Shown piece by piece: positions 1 to 8,199 of a stretch of DNA of 64,000 bases. Each line of letters opens with the position of its first letter. Position 1 is the stretch's first letter. The notes under the pieces were generated by a model that made no database searches, was not told the origin of the DNA, and worked only from the letters and a program-made list of their open reading frames with translations. The position numbers and the translations under genes were made by a program. Source of the DNA: Planctomycetota bacterium (lineage in GTDB: Bacteria; Planctomycetota; MHYJ01; JACPRB01); NCBI GenBank assembly GCA_035644495.1, contig DASQOM010000120.1:966-64965 (forward strand), written 5' to 3'.

Positions 1-165
1 CGGACGCTCCCTCGCGCGAAGTATCGCCGCGACCGGGCGGCGGAGACGCTGGCCGGCCTGCTGGCCGACCCCGGCGCGAAGCCCCGGTCACAGGAATGCG
101 CCAGGGTCGTGGCGGGAGAAGACGGGGTGGGCGCCGCCTGCGACGCGATCTTAGCGAACATTTAA
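1..165 (+). CDS. 3' end of a CDS entering from the left edge (54 codons); product not assignable
   Basis: The frame is open from base 1 to TAA at 163-165, with GC-rich third positions. The tail reads ...AETLAGLLADPGAKPRSQECARVVAGEDGVGAACDAILANI*. It vaguely resembles a GT1-type glycosyltransferase C-terminus, but this is too short to call. Confidence 0.35.
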   Translation, partial: RTLPRAKYRRDRAAETLAGLLADPGAKPRSQECARVVAGEDGVGAACDAILANI

Positions 166-176
166 CGAACATGTCG

Positions 177-205
177 TTGACGCGCGCCGTCGCGAAAGTC
201 AGAAT
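177..205 (+). promoter_or_regulatory. Putative sigma70-type promoter for the DUF1579-like gene
   Basis: TTGACG (177-182), a 17-nt spacer, then CAGAAT (200-205). It is followed by the SD AAGGAGG (216-222), 7 nt before the ATG at 230. Confidence 0.4.
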
Positions 206-229
206 GCGCCCAGATAAGGAGGAACGACC

Positions 230-760
230 ATGAAGCTCATCGCCCTGATCGCCGTCGCCGTCTTCGCCGCCCCCCAGGACATGCCGAAGCCCGGCAAGGA
301 GCACGAGACCCTCAAGAATCAGTTTGAGGGAGAGTGGACCTACGAAGCGAAGTTCTTCATGGACCCCAGCCAGCCGCCCCAGGAAATGAAGGGCACCGAC
401 TCCGCCAAAATGGGGTACGGCGGCTGGTGGCTCACGTCCGAGGTCAGCGGCGACATGTTCGGCCAGCCCTTCCACGGGCGCTGGACGATGACCTACGACA
501 CGAACAAGAAGAAGTTCGTCGGCTCCTGGATCGACAGCATGATGCCGGTCCAGCTGACCTTCGAAGGCGACGTCGACGCGGCCGGCAAGGTCTACACGCT
601 CGTCGTCGACAGCGTCGATCCCCAGACCATGAAGCCCGTCAAGGAGCGCTGGGTGATCAACATCGATACCGACGACTCGCACTCGATGAAGTTCTTCGCG
701 CCCGGTCCCGACGGGAAGGAGAGGAATACGGGGGAGATCAAGTACAAACGGAAGAAGTAG
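230..760 (+). CDS. Secreted DUF1579-like protein
   Basis: Strong SD and an N-terminal signal peptide (MKLIALIAVAVFAAP). The pattern EH..L...EG.W......G..GG.W......G.PF.G....YD..KKKF.G.WIDSM is typical of DUF1579. Confidence 0.7.
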   Translation: MKLIALIAVAVFAAPQDMPKPGKEHETLKNQFEGEWTYEAKFFMDPSQPPQEMKGTDSAKMGYGGWWLTSEVSGDMFGQPFHGRWTMTYDTNKKKFVGSWIDSMMPVQLTFEGDVDAAGKVYTLVVDSVDPQTMKPVKERWVINIDTDDSHSMKFFAPGPDGKERNTGEIKYKRKK

Positions 761-761
761 A

Positions 762-1208
762 TCAGGAACGGACGCCCAGGGCCTTCTCCACCTCGGCGGG
801 GAGGCGGCCGCAGCGATCCTTCAACCCGGCATAGAGGGCGGGGGAGAAGAAGGGGAGGAACTTCAGCGCCATCGTCGACTTGAGGACCAGTCCGGCCTTC
901 GTGACCTTCGTGTACTTCTTGAAGCCGAGCCCCTGGATCTCATCCCAGCGGTACGACACCGTCTCCGTCCAGTCCTTCCACTCGATCCCGAGATCATGGA
1001 TGCGGATCGTCCGCTGATAGGCGTACCAGTTGAAATAGACCGCGGCCGCGAGGAGCGCGCCCGTGATGCCGAAGGATTGCCGCCAGGACCCGATCCGGGA
1101 CGTCGCGCCGCGCAGGGCCATGTAGCCGGAGAAGCCGACCAGCCCGATGCCGACGACGAGGACGATGAGGAGCGCCACGCGATCCTGCCAGGGGGGATGG
1201 AATTTCAT
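762..1208 (-). CDS. Small membrane protein (2 TM segments plus a PH-like soluble domain), function unknown
   Basis: ATGA overlap with the stop of the upstream mqnC-like gene (1205-1208). Two hydrophobic segments (VALLIVLVVGIGLVGFSGY and GALLAAAVYF). Confidence 0.6.
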   Translation of the reverse strand: MKFHPPWQDRVALLIVLVVGIGLVGFSGYMALRGATSRIGSWRQSFGITGALLAAAVYFNWYAYQRTIRIHDLGIEWKDWTETVSYRWDEIQGLGFKKYTKVTKAGLVLKSTMALKFLPFFSPALYAGLKDRCGRLPAEVEKALGVRS

Positions 1209-2299
1209 GACGACGCCTCGGCCAGCAGCTGGTAGTACATGTTCCTCCGGCGGGGTTGGAATCCAAGGTCCTCGATCACGCGGCGGATCGTCTGCTCCGT
1301 CATCCGGAACGTCGCGCCCGCCTGGCTGACGACGTTCTCCTCAAGCATCGTCGAGCCCATGTCGTTGGCGCCGTACAGCAGCGCCATTTGGCCGACCTTG
1401 TCGCCCTGAGTCACCCAGGACGACTGCATGTTCGGGAAGTTGTCGAGGTACATCCGCGAGATCGCGAGCGTCTTCAGGTACTCGTAGCCGCCGGTCTTCG
1501 GCGTGCCCGCCATCTCCGTATTGTCCGGCTGCAGGCTCCAGCAGATGAACGCCGTATAGCCGCCGCTGTTCTTCCGCGCGACCGAGCGGTCCTGCTGCTC
1601 GCGCAGGCGCCGCAGATGCTCGACGCGCTCGGCGACCGTCTCGACATGGCCGTACATCATGGTCGCCGTCGTCTTCATCCCGATCTGATGAGCCTCCTCC
1701 ATGACCTCGAGCCACTGGTCGCTCTTGATCTTGAGGGGGCTGATCGCTTCGCGGACGCGGTCGACCAGGATCTCGCCGCCCCCGCCCGGGATCGAGTCGA
1801 GCCCGGCGGCGCGCAGCTTCACGAGCACCTCGTGCAAGTTCATCTTGTTGACCGTCGCGAAGTGCTGGATCTCCGACGGGGAGAAGCCGTGCACGTGGAT
1901 GTCGAAGGACTTCATGTGCCGAAGCATGTCCTCGTACCAGTCGAGCTTGAGGTACGGGTGGTGGCCGCCCTGGAGGAGGATCTGGACTCCGCCCAGGGCC
2001 TTGGTCTCCTGGATCTTCCGCCCCATCGCCTCCTTCGTGAGCGTGTACTCCTCGGGATGGCCGGGGGGGCGGTAGAAGGCGCAGAACTTGCAGTAGGTGA
2101 TGCAGGTGTTCGTGTAGTTGATGTTGCGGTCGACGATGTAGGTGGCGACGTTCTCGGGATGCAGGCGGCGGCGGATGGCGTGCGCGCCCTCGCCGAGCTC
2201 GGGCAGGTTGCCCTTCTCGAAGAGGAGCACGGCCTCGGGGTCGCTCAGGCGGCCGCCCCCCTTGGCCTTCTCGATCACGTCACGGACAGTCGTCGGCAT
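1205..2299 (-). CDS. mqnC: Radical-SAM menaquinone (futalosine pathway) enzyme of the MqnC/MqnE family, most like cyclic dehypoxanthinyl futalosine synthase
   Basis: VDRNINYTNTCITYCKFCAFYR contains the CxxxCxxC radical-SAM cluster. Other matches are IPGGGGEIL, ATMMYGHVET and LDNFPNMQSSWVTQG. The gene lies directly downstream of mqnA. MqnC versus MqnE cannot be settled by eye. Confidence 0.65.
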   Translation of the reverse strand: MPTTVRDVIEKAKGGGRLSDPEAVLLFEKGNLPELGEGAHAIRRRLHPENVATYIVDRNINYTNTCITYCKFCAFYRPPGHPEEYTLTKEAMGRKIQETKALGGVQILLQGGHHPYLKLDWYEDMLRHMKSFDIHVHGFSPSEIQHFATVNKMNLHEVLVKLRAAGLDSIPGGGGEILVDRVREAISPLKIKSDQWLEVMEEAHQIGMKTTATMMYGHVETVAERVEHLRRLREQQDRSVARKNSGGYTAFICWSLQPDNTEMAGTPKTGGYEYLKTLAISRMYLDNFPNMQSSWVTQGDKVGQMALLYGANDMGSTMLEENVVSQAGATFRMTEQTIRRVIEDLGFQPRRRNMYYQLLAEASS

Positions 2300-3002
2300 A
2301 TTTCCAGAACAGTTTCAACCCGGCCCGCTCGGCGGGGCCCAGGTCGAAGGTGATGGCCTTCGTCAGGTAGTTCCGGCAGTAGGCCGGGGTCAGCCCCAGC
2401 CGGGGAGCCTCGCGCGTCGCGATCTCCGCGATCGCCGCGCCGCCGCGCTGCTTCGCCGCCCGCAGGGCCGCGGCGATGTCGCGCGTCCGCCGCTGCCCGG
2501 GCCGCAGGGCCCAGAGCGCGTAGACGAACGGCCGCCCCGTGAACTTCTTCCACTCGCTCCCCAGGTCGAGATACGGCACCCCGCCGGGCCGGAACGAAGT
2601 ATCTCCGATCGTCACGGCGGCGTCAACCGCTTCGAAGGACAGCCCCTTCGACGGGTCTCGCACGACGTACTTCGGGAGGATCTCATAGCGCTTCTCGAGG
2701 ATGATCCGCGTCAGCATGTTCGAAGTGCGCGAGTTCCGGTCGAGCGCCACGCGGCGGATCTCGCGGACCGGCACCGCGTGGTGCAGGCGCACGCTGTCGG
2801 TCCGCCCCGGCGACGCGATCGCGATCCCGGGGACGAACGCGAGCTTGCGCCGCAGCACCTCGATCGCGGGAAGCAACGCGACGTCGAGCTTCCCCGAGAC
2901 GAGGAGGCCGACGAGGTCGGCGGGCGGTTTCAGGAGGACGCCGTCGAGCCCCTCGATGAGGGGCTTGGCGTTCAGGTAGGGGACGCAGCCGATGCGGATC
3001 AT
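2280..3002 (-). CDS. mqnA: Chorismate dehydratase (futalosine pathway MqnA)
   Basis: The N-terminus MIRIGCVPYLNAKPLIEGL and a periplasmic-binding-protein-like fold pattern are typical of MqnA/DUF178. The gene is adjacent to the radical-SAM mqn gene. Confidence 0.75.
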   Translation of the reverse strand: MIRIGCVPYLNAKPLIEGLDGVLLKPPADLVGLLVSGKLDVALLPAIEVLRRKLAFVPGIAIASPGRTDSVRLHHAVPVREIRRVALDRNSRTSNMLTRIILEKRYEILPKYVVRDPSKGLSFEAVDAAVTIGDTSFRPGGVPYLDLGSEWKKFTGRPFVYALWALRPGQRRTRDIAAALRAAKQRGGAAIAEIATREAPRLGLTPAYCRNYLTKAITFDLGPAERAGLKLFWKYADDCP

Positions 3003-3040
3003 GACGTCAAGGATGCAAGCGGCGGGCCAGCGGCCGGCGG

Positions 3041-3775
3041 CTATTTCTTCGGGGCAGGTGGGTCATTCTGTCCCGGCGGGATTGCGGGATCGACCATCTT
3101 GGTCTTGGCGTTCTCGTCGTCCTCCTCGAGGGCGACGCGGCGGGTCTCGCCCTTGGCGTCGGCGGGCGGGACGGCGGCCTTGAGCTGGTCGAGGCGGCGG
3201 CGGAGCATCTGGACGCGGGCGCCGGTCTCGGCGGATCGCGCATGCTCGGGATGGGCCTCATGGAACTTCGAGAGCGTGTTGAGGGCGCCCTCGTAGTTCT
3301 TCTGGGTGAACTGGACCTGCGCGAGCTCGGTCGCGTACTCGTAGTCGTTCGGATCGAGCGCGACGGCCTTCGTGAAGGCGTCCTCGGCCTGGCTGTACAT
3401 CCCGATCTCGAAGTAGGTGATGCCGAGGTTGTAGAAGTAATGCGAGATCTTGGGCTCGATCTCGGTCGCCATCTTGAACACCATCGCGGCGTAGTCGAGC
3501 AGCCCCTTGCGGCGGTAGAGCTCGCCGACGTTGTTGAACGCCTTGTGGTATTCGGGCGCGATGTCGATGCACTTCCGGTATGCCTCGATGGCGGGGTCGA
3601 GCGACCCCTGCTGGGCGTAGGCCATGCCGAGGTAGGCCCAGGCGCGATAGAGCTTCGGATCGGCCTCGGCGGCGCGCTTGAAGCAGTCGATCGCCTGCGG
3701 CAGCTCCTTGCGCTTGAAGTGCTCCGCGCCCGCGTTGTAGAGCTTGACCCCCGGGGACTCGCCCGCGCCGGCCAT
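3041..3775 (-). CDS. TPR-repeat protein with a low-complexity C-terminal tail
   Basis: Repeated A..YLG.AY...G....AI..Y.KAI...P units (at least 5 TPRs). Its stop overlaps the start of the next gene region. Confidence 0.75.
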   Translation of the reverse strand: MAGAGESPGVKLYNAGAEHFKRKELPQAIDCFKRAAEADPKLYRAWAYLGMAYAQQGSLDPAIEAYRKCIDIAPEYHKAFNNVGELYRRKGLLDYAAMVFKMATEIEPKISHYFYNLGITYFEIGMYSQAEDAFTKAVALDPNDYEYATELAQVQFTQKNYEGALNTLSKFHEAHPEHARSAETGARVQMLRRRLDQLKAAVPPADAKGETRRVALEEDDENAKTKMVDPAIPPGQNDPPAPKK

Positions 3776-4680
3776 CAGCGGCTCCCCGAGATCTTCTTGA
3801 GGATGTCCGCGGTGGAGACGTGGCCCACCAGGCGGCGCCCGCGCAGCACGTAGGCCCCCCGCGCCCCGGACTGCGAGAGTTTCACCACGGTTTCGAGCAG
3901 GGGCTCGTCCTCCTGCATCGTGCGGTAGCCGTTGGAGGAGATGACCCCCAGCTTCTCGAGCGTGGCGTCGCCGTGCGAACGGAAGACCGATTCGATCGAC
4001 GCGCCCGCCTGCAGCGAGGCGGCGCTGGCCAGCTGGAGGAAGTGCTCGCGCACCCCGAGCTGCAGGAGCGCGCCCGCGCTCAGCTCGCCCACCAGGTTGC
4101 CGTCGGCGTCGACCACCGGAACCGCCTCGCCCCTGCTCGAGGAAAGAAGCTCGATGGCCTTCGACAGCATCGTGGAGGGCGTGACGGTCGCCATCGACGT
4201 CGACGGCGCGGGGGGTGCCGGCGGGCGGGGCGAGATCGAGTCGACGGCGGCGATGAGCTCCTCGCCGGTCTTCGAGTTGGCGGCCTTGAGGAGGTTCTCC
4301 TCGGTCGCGAAGAGGTTGAGGAACTGGGCCAGCGTGGTCAGGTAGAGGTTCGAATGCTTCTTGGGGATGACGAAGAGGACGACGAGGCGGATGAAGTTGC
4401 CGTCCGGCGCCTTGAAGTCGAGCCCCCGGGGGAGGGTGCCGATCGCGATCCGGAAGTCGGAGACTTTCTCGGTGCGGGCGTGGGGGAAGGCGCTGCCCTT
4501 GGCCATCGAGAAGGGCCCCAGTTTTTCACGCTCGGCGAGGGCGGCCTTGAGCTCGTCGAGCGTGACTTCGGGCGTGCCGGCGGCCATCACCTCGAGGAGC
4601 TCGAGAAGCGCCTCGTCCTTCGTCCGGGCGACGAGGCCGCATTTGATCAGCTTCGGATTGAGGAGAGACGAAACCTTCAT
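3775..4680 (-). CDS. PTS EIIA(Ntr)-type domain fused to a CBS-pair domain
   Basis: The N-terminal half (LIKCGLVARTKDEALLELL...GSAFPHART...IRLVVLFVIPK) follows the PTS_EIIA_2 pattern, including the phospho-His context. The C-terminal half (AVPVVDADGNLVGELS...ARGAYVLRGRRLVGHVSTADIL) looks like tandem CBS motifs. Confidence 0.6.
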   Translation of the reverse strand: MKVSSLLNPKLIKCGLVARTKDEALLELLEVMAAGTPEVTLDELKAALAEREKLGPFSMAKGSAFPHARTEKVSDFRIAIGTLPRGLDFKAPDGNFIRLVVLFVIPKKHSNLYLTTLAQFLNLFATEENLLKAANSKTGEELIAAVDSISPRPPAPPAPSTSMATVTPSTMLSKAIELLSSSRGEAVPVVDADGNLVGELSAGALLQLGVREHFLQLASAASLQAGASIESVFRSHGDATLEKLGVISSNGYRTMQEDEPLLETVVKLSQSGARGAYVLRGRRLVGHVSTADILKKISGSR

Positions 4681-4767
4681 GGGATTGTAGGGCGATATTA
4701 TAGTCCCCCCTCGGAGCGCCCATCAAGTAATTCCCGGGGATAAAACAGACGGTCTGTGGTCTCCCGC

Positions 4768-5598
4768 TCAGGCGGTGATGTTGCGGGTGCGGAAGAGGCC
4801 GAAGGCCAGGGGGATGAACGCGGCCATGTAGGCGGTCGGGACGAAGACATAGAGATGTTGCGCGTCGATGTCGGGGTTCCACCGCGTGGTCGTCCCCTCC
4901 CCCAGCTGAGTCAGCTTCTCCAGGGCGTAGGGGGCGTAGAACAGGAAGACCTTCTCCTTGGCGCGGTCCGCCATCATGCCCGTGGCCAGGTCGCCCGCGA
5001 GAAAGACCACGAGCCCGATCGCCACCGCGTAACCCGACGACTCCGTCAGGTTGGACACCAGGATGCCCAGGAAGCCGGCCGCGAGGAAGGACAGGAAGCT
5101 CATCAGGACGGCCTTCCGCGCGTGCTGCGTGATCTCCGCCGCGCCGCGCTGGATGAGGTAGCTGCCGTCGTCCCACACCGGCCCCAGATCGCCGCGCCAG
5201 AGCGCCCACGCGGAGGCGACGAAGAAGACGAAGCCGAAGAGGAACACCGCCAGTCCCGTCACCGTCAGGCACTTGGCCACGAAAAAGTCCAGGCGGGTGA
5301 TCGGCCGCGTCAGCAGGTTCTTGATCGTCCCGCGGTCGAACTCCCCGGCGAAGATCATGCTGGAGAAGATCAGCAGCACGTACGTGGCGACCTTCAGCCC
5401 CGACTGGAACCCGTAGGCGAAGAGCATGACGGAGTTGTAGCTCCGCCAGACCGTCTCCTTCTGTCCCCTCGCCAGCGGGAGCCCGATCTCGAAGCTCAGC
5501 GTGATGACGATCAGGACCAGCAGGCAGACCTTGAGGAACGGCTGCGCCGACAGCTTGAGGAACTCGGCGCGGATCAGACGGTGCACGCGGACCATCAT
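4768..5598 (-). CDS. ABC-2 type transporter permease
   Basis: About six hydrophobic segments. ATGA overlap with the upstream ATPase gene. Confidence 0.7.
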   Translation of the reverse strand: MMVRVHRLIRAEFLKLSAQPFLKVCLLVLIVITLSFEIGLPLARGQKETVWRSYNSVMLFAYGFQSGLKVATYVLLIFSSMIFAGEFDRGTIKNLLTRPITRLDFFVAKCLTVTGLAVFLFGFVFFVASAWALWRGDLGPVWDDGSYLIQRGAAEITQHARKAVLMSFLSFLAAGFLGILVSNLTESSGYAVAIGLVVFLAGDLATGMMADRAKEKVFLFYAPYALEKLTQLGEGTTTRWNPDIDAQHLYVFVPTAYMAAFIPLAFGLFRTRNITA

Positions 5599-6491
5599 TG
5601 CGAGAGGAAATACTCCTCGAGCGTCTGCCGCGCCGGCGTGAGCTCGCTCACGGTCACGCCGTTGACGACCAAGTGCGCGTTGATCTCGCCGAACTTGGAG
5701 GCGTCGCAGATCACCCGCAGGCGCCCCTCCTCCTCCCGGACCTCGCGGATGCCGTCGCGGCCCCGCAGCAGAGCGACGGCCTTCGCCCGGGGATCGCAGA
5801 CGATATGGAGCCCGTTCACCGTGCGGGCGATGATCGCGTCGAGCTTGTCCTGGACGATCATCTTTCCCTGCTTGATCATCCCGATGCGGGTGCAGGTCAG
5901 CTCGACCTCGTGGAGCAGATGGCTGGAGATGACGAACGTGACCCCGTCCCGGCGGTTGAGCTCCTGGATCATCCCGCGGATATGGGTGATGCCCTGCGGA
6001 TCCAGGCCGTTCGTCGGCTCGTCGAGGAAGACCAGCCGGGGCTTCGCCAGCAGCGCCATCGCGATCCCGAGGCGCTGACGCATCCCCTGCGAATAGGTCC
6101 CCACGCGATCGTGCATCCGGGCCCCGAGGCCGACGTCGTCCAGCACCCCGGCGATGCGCGACACCGGCACATCCCCGCTGATCAGGCGCAGGATCTCGAG
6201 GTTCTGCACCGCGGACAGGTAGGGGTAATACGCGGGCAGCTCGACCAGGGCCCCCACCCGCTCCATGATGCCGATGAAGTCGTCACGCACATCCTCCCCG
6301 AACATCGTCACCCGGCCCGCGGTAGGCCGGATGAGGCGGAGCATCATGCGCATGGACGTGGTCTTGCCCGACCCGTTGGGCCCGAGAAAGCCGTAGAGAT
6401 CGCCTTCCTGCACGTCCAGGTTCAGATCCTGGACGGCCTTGAAGGCGCCGAAGTGCTTGGTAAGCCCTTCCGTCTGAAGGACGGCGACCAT
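5595..6491 (-). CDS. ABC transporter ATP-binding protein
   Basis: Walker A GPNGSGKTT, signature YSQGMRQRL and Walker B LVFLDEPTNGLD. Confidence 0.9.
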   Translation of the reverse strand: MVAVLQTEGLTKHFGAFKAVQDLNLDVQEGDLYGFLGPNGSGKTTSMRMMLRLIRPTAGRVTMFGEDVRDDFIGIMERVGALVELPAYYPYLSAVQNLEILRLISGDVPVSRIAGVLDDVGLGARMHDRVGTYSQGMRQRLGIAMALLAKPRLVFLDEPTNGLDPQGITHIRGMIQELNRRDGVTFVISSHLLHEVELTCTRIGMIKQGKMIVQDKLDAIIARTVNGLHIVCDPRAKAVALLRGRDGIREVREEEGRLRVICDASKFGEINAHLVVNGVTVSELTPARQTLEEYFLSQ

Positions 6492-6535
6492 GGGACAGAG
6501 TCTAGCAGAACGGGGCGGGAACGGGTCAATTCATC

Positions 6536-6546
6536 GGGGGGGGGGG
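6536..6546. repeat. G11/C11 homopolymer tract in an intergenic region
   Basis: Eleven consecutive G on the + strand, 3 nt from the stop of 6550-7083 and just upstream of the -35-like TTGACC of the ABC operon promoter. Confidence 0.9.
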
Positions 6547-6549
6547 AGG

Positions 6550-7083
6550 CTACGAGCGGGAGTCGGGCTGGAGGAGCTTGACGTATTCGCCGGCTTTCTT
6601 CTCCCAGACGTAGAGGAGCTGGAGGAGGCGCCATTCGCGCCACTTGGAGGCATGCTGGCGGGCCCACGATCGGGCGATTTCCTCGCGGCGTTCGGCGCAG
6701 ACGGGCTGGCGCACCCGCTCGCCTTCATACCAGACTTCCTTCTGGATCTCGTAGCACTGGTCCTGGATATCCCGCCGGGCATTGCAGGTTCCGCGTTTCC
6801 GGAGCACCGCCCGGACGCAGTAATCCACCAGCTGATCGTTGGATATCTCGCCCCGCATGTAGCGGCGCCGCGCGATTTCGGTCCCCGATCCCCGCCCTTC
6901 CGACATCACCCGCCGGATCTCCTGGAGATTGTCCCGGATGAAGCGGTCGAGATCGGTTTCCAGATCCCGCAACTGCCCCTGCGACCAAAGCTCTTCGAGC
7001 GACTTCAGGACCCCACCCATAGCCATTAATTTAGACGCCCAAGCCTGTGCAAATGTTCCCACCGCTAACGTACTGATCGTCAT
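6550..7083 (-). CDS. Hypothetical protein (start uncertain: 7083, 7026 or 7020)
   Basis: Coding-like GC3 pattern. Charged helical protein with conserved-looking Cys (CVRAV, GTCNARR, DQCYE, PVCAE). I recognise no family. Confidence 0.5.
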   Translation of the reverse strand: MTISTLAVGTFAQAWASKLMAMGGVLKSLEELWSQGQLRDLETDLDRFIRDNLQEIRRVMSEGRGSGTEIARRRYMRGEISNDQLVDYCVRAVLRKRGTCNARRDIQDQCYEIQKEVWYEGERVRQPVCAERREEIARSWARQHASKWREWRLLQLLYVWEKKAGEYVKLLQPDSRS

Positions 7084-7131
7084 GTGGTTAGAATATCTGA
7101 ACCCCCATCTGTCAGCAGGCAGGGACAGCTA

Positions 7132-8199
7132 CTACTTTTGAAAGATCGGAAGGTACTCGCACGGCATCTGGAGGATGACGCAGGCCATCGCCGTCGCATA
7201 CGTCGCGCCCACGTCGTCCAGCCACGAGCCGTCCGCCCTCTGATTGCGCAGAATCTCGTCGCGGACCGGAGGATAGTAATTCGCCCAGTGCTCGCCCCCC
7301 GCGAGGTACATCGCCTGGGAGGCGTAATAGTGCCCGTAGTAGTAGTGAAGCTTGTTGGGCACGAGGGAATGCTTGTAGTCCGGGAGCACCCGCAGCCCTT
7401 CGCGCACCTCCCGCGAGTCGTACATGCCCGCGCTGTACATCGCGACCACCCCGCAGGCCGTTAGCGCGAAGGACACCCGGGTGTCGTTCATGCCGTTGTC
7501 GTACGTCGCCGCCTGGTAGCTGAAGCCCCGCCGCGGCACCGCGCAGCGGATGATATAGCGCATCGCGCGCTGGATGGTGTCGAGGGGCACCGCGAGCCCC
7601 GCGTTCCGGGCGGCCCGGAGGGCCTGCACGGTCGACACGGTCACGGACAGGTCCGCGTCCACCGGAATCGGCTGATAGCGCCAGCCGCCCTCCCGGTTCT
7701 GGCTGTTCACGATCAGGTCCACCGCGCGCTTCAGCTTCGGCTTGATGTCCGCCTGACGGGTCATCCCGTAGATCTCGGCCAGGAACAGCGTCCCGAACGC
7801 GTGGCTGTACATCCTGGATCCGGCGTGCGTGACGTAACCGTCCTCGTCGCGGACCTTCGACAGCAGCCAGGCGACGCCGAGGGCGACGTTCTTGCCGTAC
7901 TTGCCCCGGCCCGGCACGTTTCCGGCCGAGACGAGGGCCATGCAGGAGATGGCCGTCACGTCGACCGATTCGTTCTCCTCGCCGAAGTACTCCTCATAAA
8001 GCTTGTATCCGACGCGGTTGGTCCAGGAGCCGTTGGCGTTCTGGCGGGAGGCGATCCAGGACAGGGCACGATCGACGGCTTCGCGGGCGTTCGGATTGAA
8101 TTCGCCGCGGGCGACCTCTCCGGGCCGGTCCTGCTGCGCGCCCGACGGAAGCGCCAGGACGGCGAGGACGCCCGTCGCGACCAGGAGGGCTTTCTTCAC
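7132..8199 (-). CDS. Secreted prenyltransferase/squalene-oxidase-repeat (terpene-cyclase-fold) protein
   Basis: Signal peptide plus repeated aromatic/Gly repeats (NANGSWTN, DEDGYVTH, NREGGWRYQ, ADGSWLDD). GTG start in a GTGA overlap with the upstream gene. Confidence 0.65.
   Translation of the reverse strand: MKKALLVATGVLAVLALPSGAQQDRPGEVARGEFNPNAREAVDRALSWIASRQNANGSWTNRVGYKLYEEYFGEENESVDVTAISCMALVSAGNVPGRGKYGKNVALGVAWLLSKVRDEDGYVTHAGSRMYSHAFGTLFLAEIYGMTRQADIKPKLKRAVDLIVNSQNREGGWRYQPIPVDADLSVTVSTVQALRAARNAGLAVPLDTIQRAMRYIIRCAVPRRGFSYQAATYDNGMNDTRVSFALTACGVVAMYSAGMYDSREVREGLRVLPDYKHSLVPNKLHYYYGHYYASQAMYLAGGEHWANYYPPVRDEILRNQRADGSWLDDVGATYATAMACVILQMPCEYLPIFQK

Noticed and set aside
166-179. 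CGAACATGTCGTTG as a Gram-positive-type LexA box (GAAC-N4-GTTC).
   Set aside because: The right half is CGTT/GTTG rather than GTTC, so it is not a true palindrome. It is a single occurrence that overlaps the -35 region of an unrelated gene.
4741-4757. A terminator after the ABC-2 permease gene (minus strand ACAGAC-C-GTCTGT followed by TTTTA).
   Set aside because: The loop would be only 1-3 nt and the effective stem only 4-5 bp. This is too weak to annotate.
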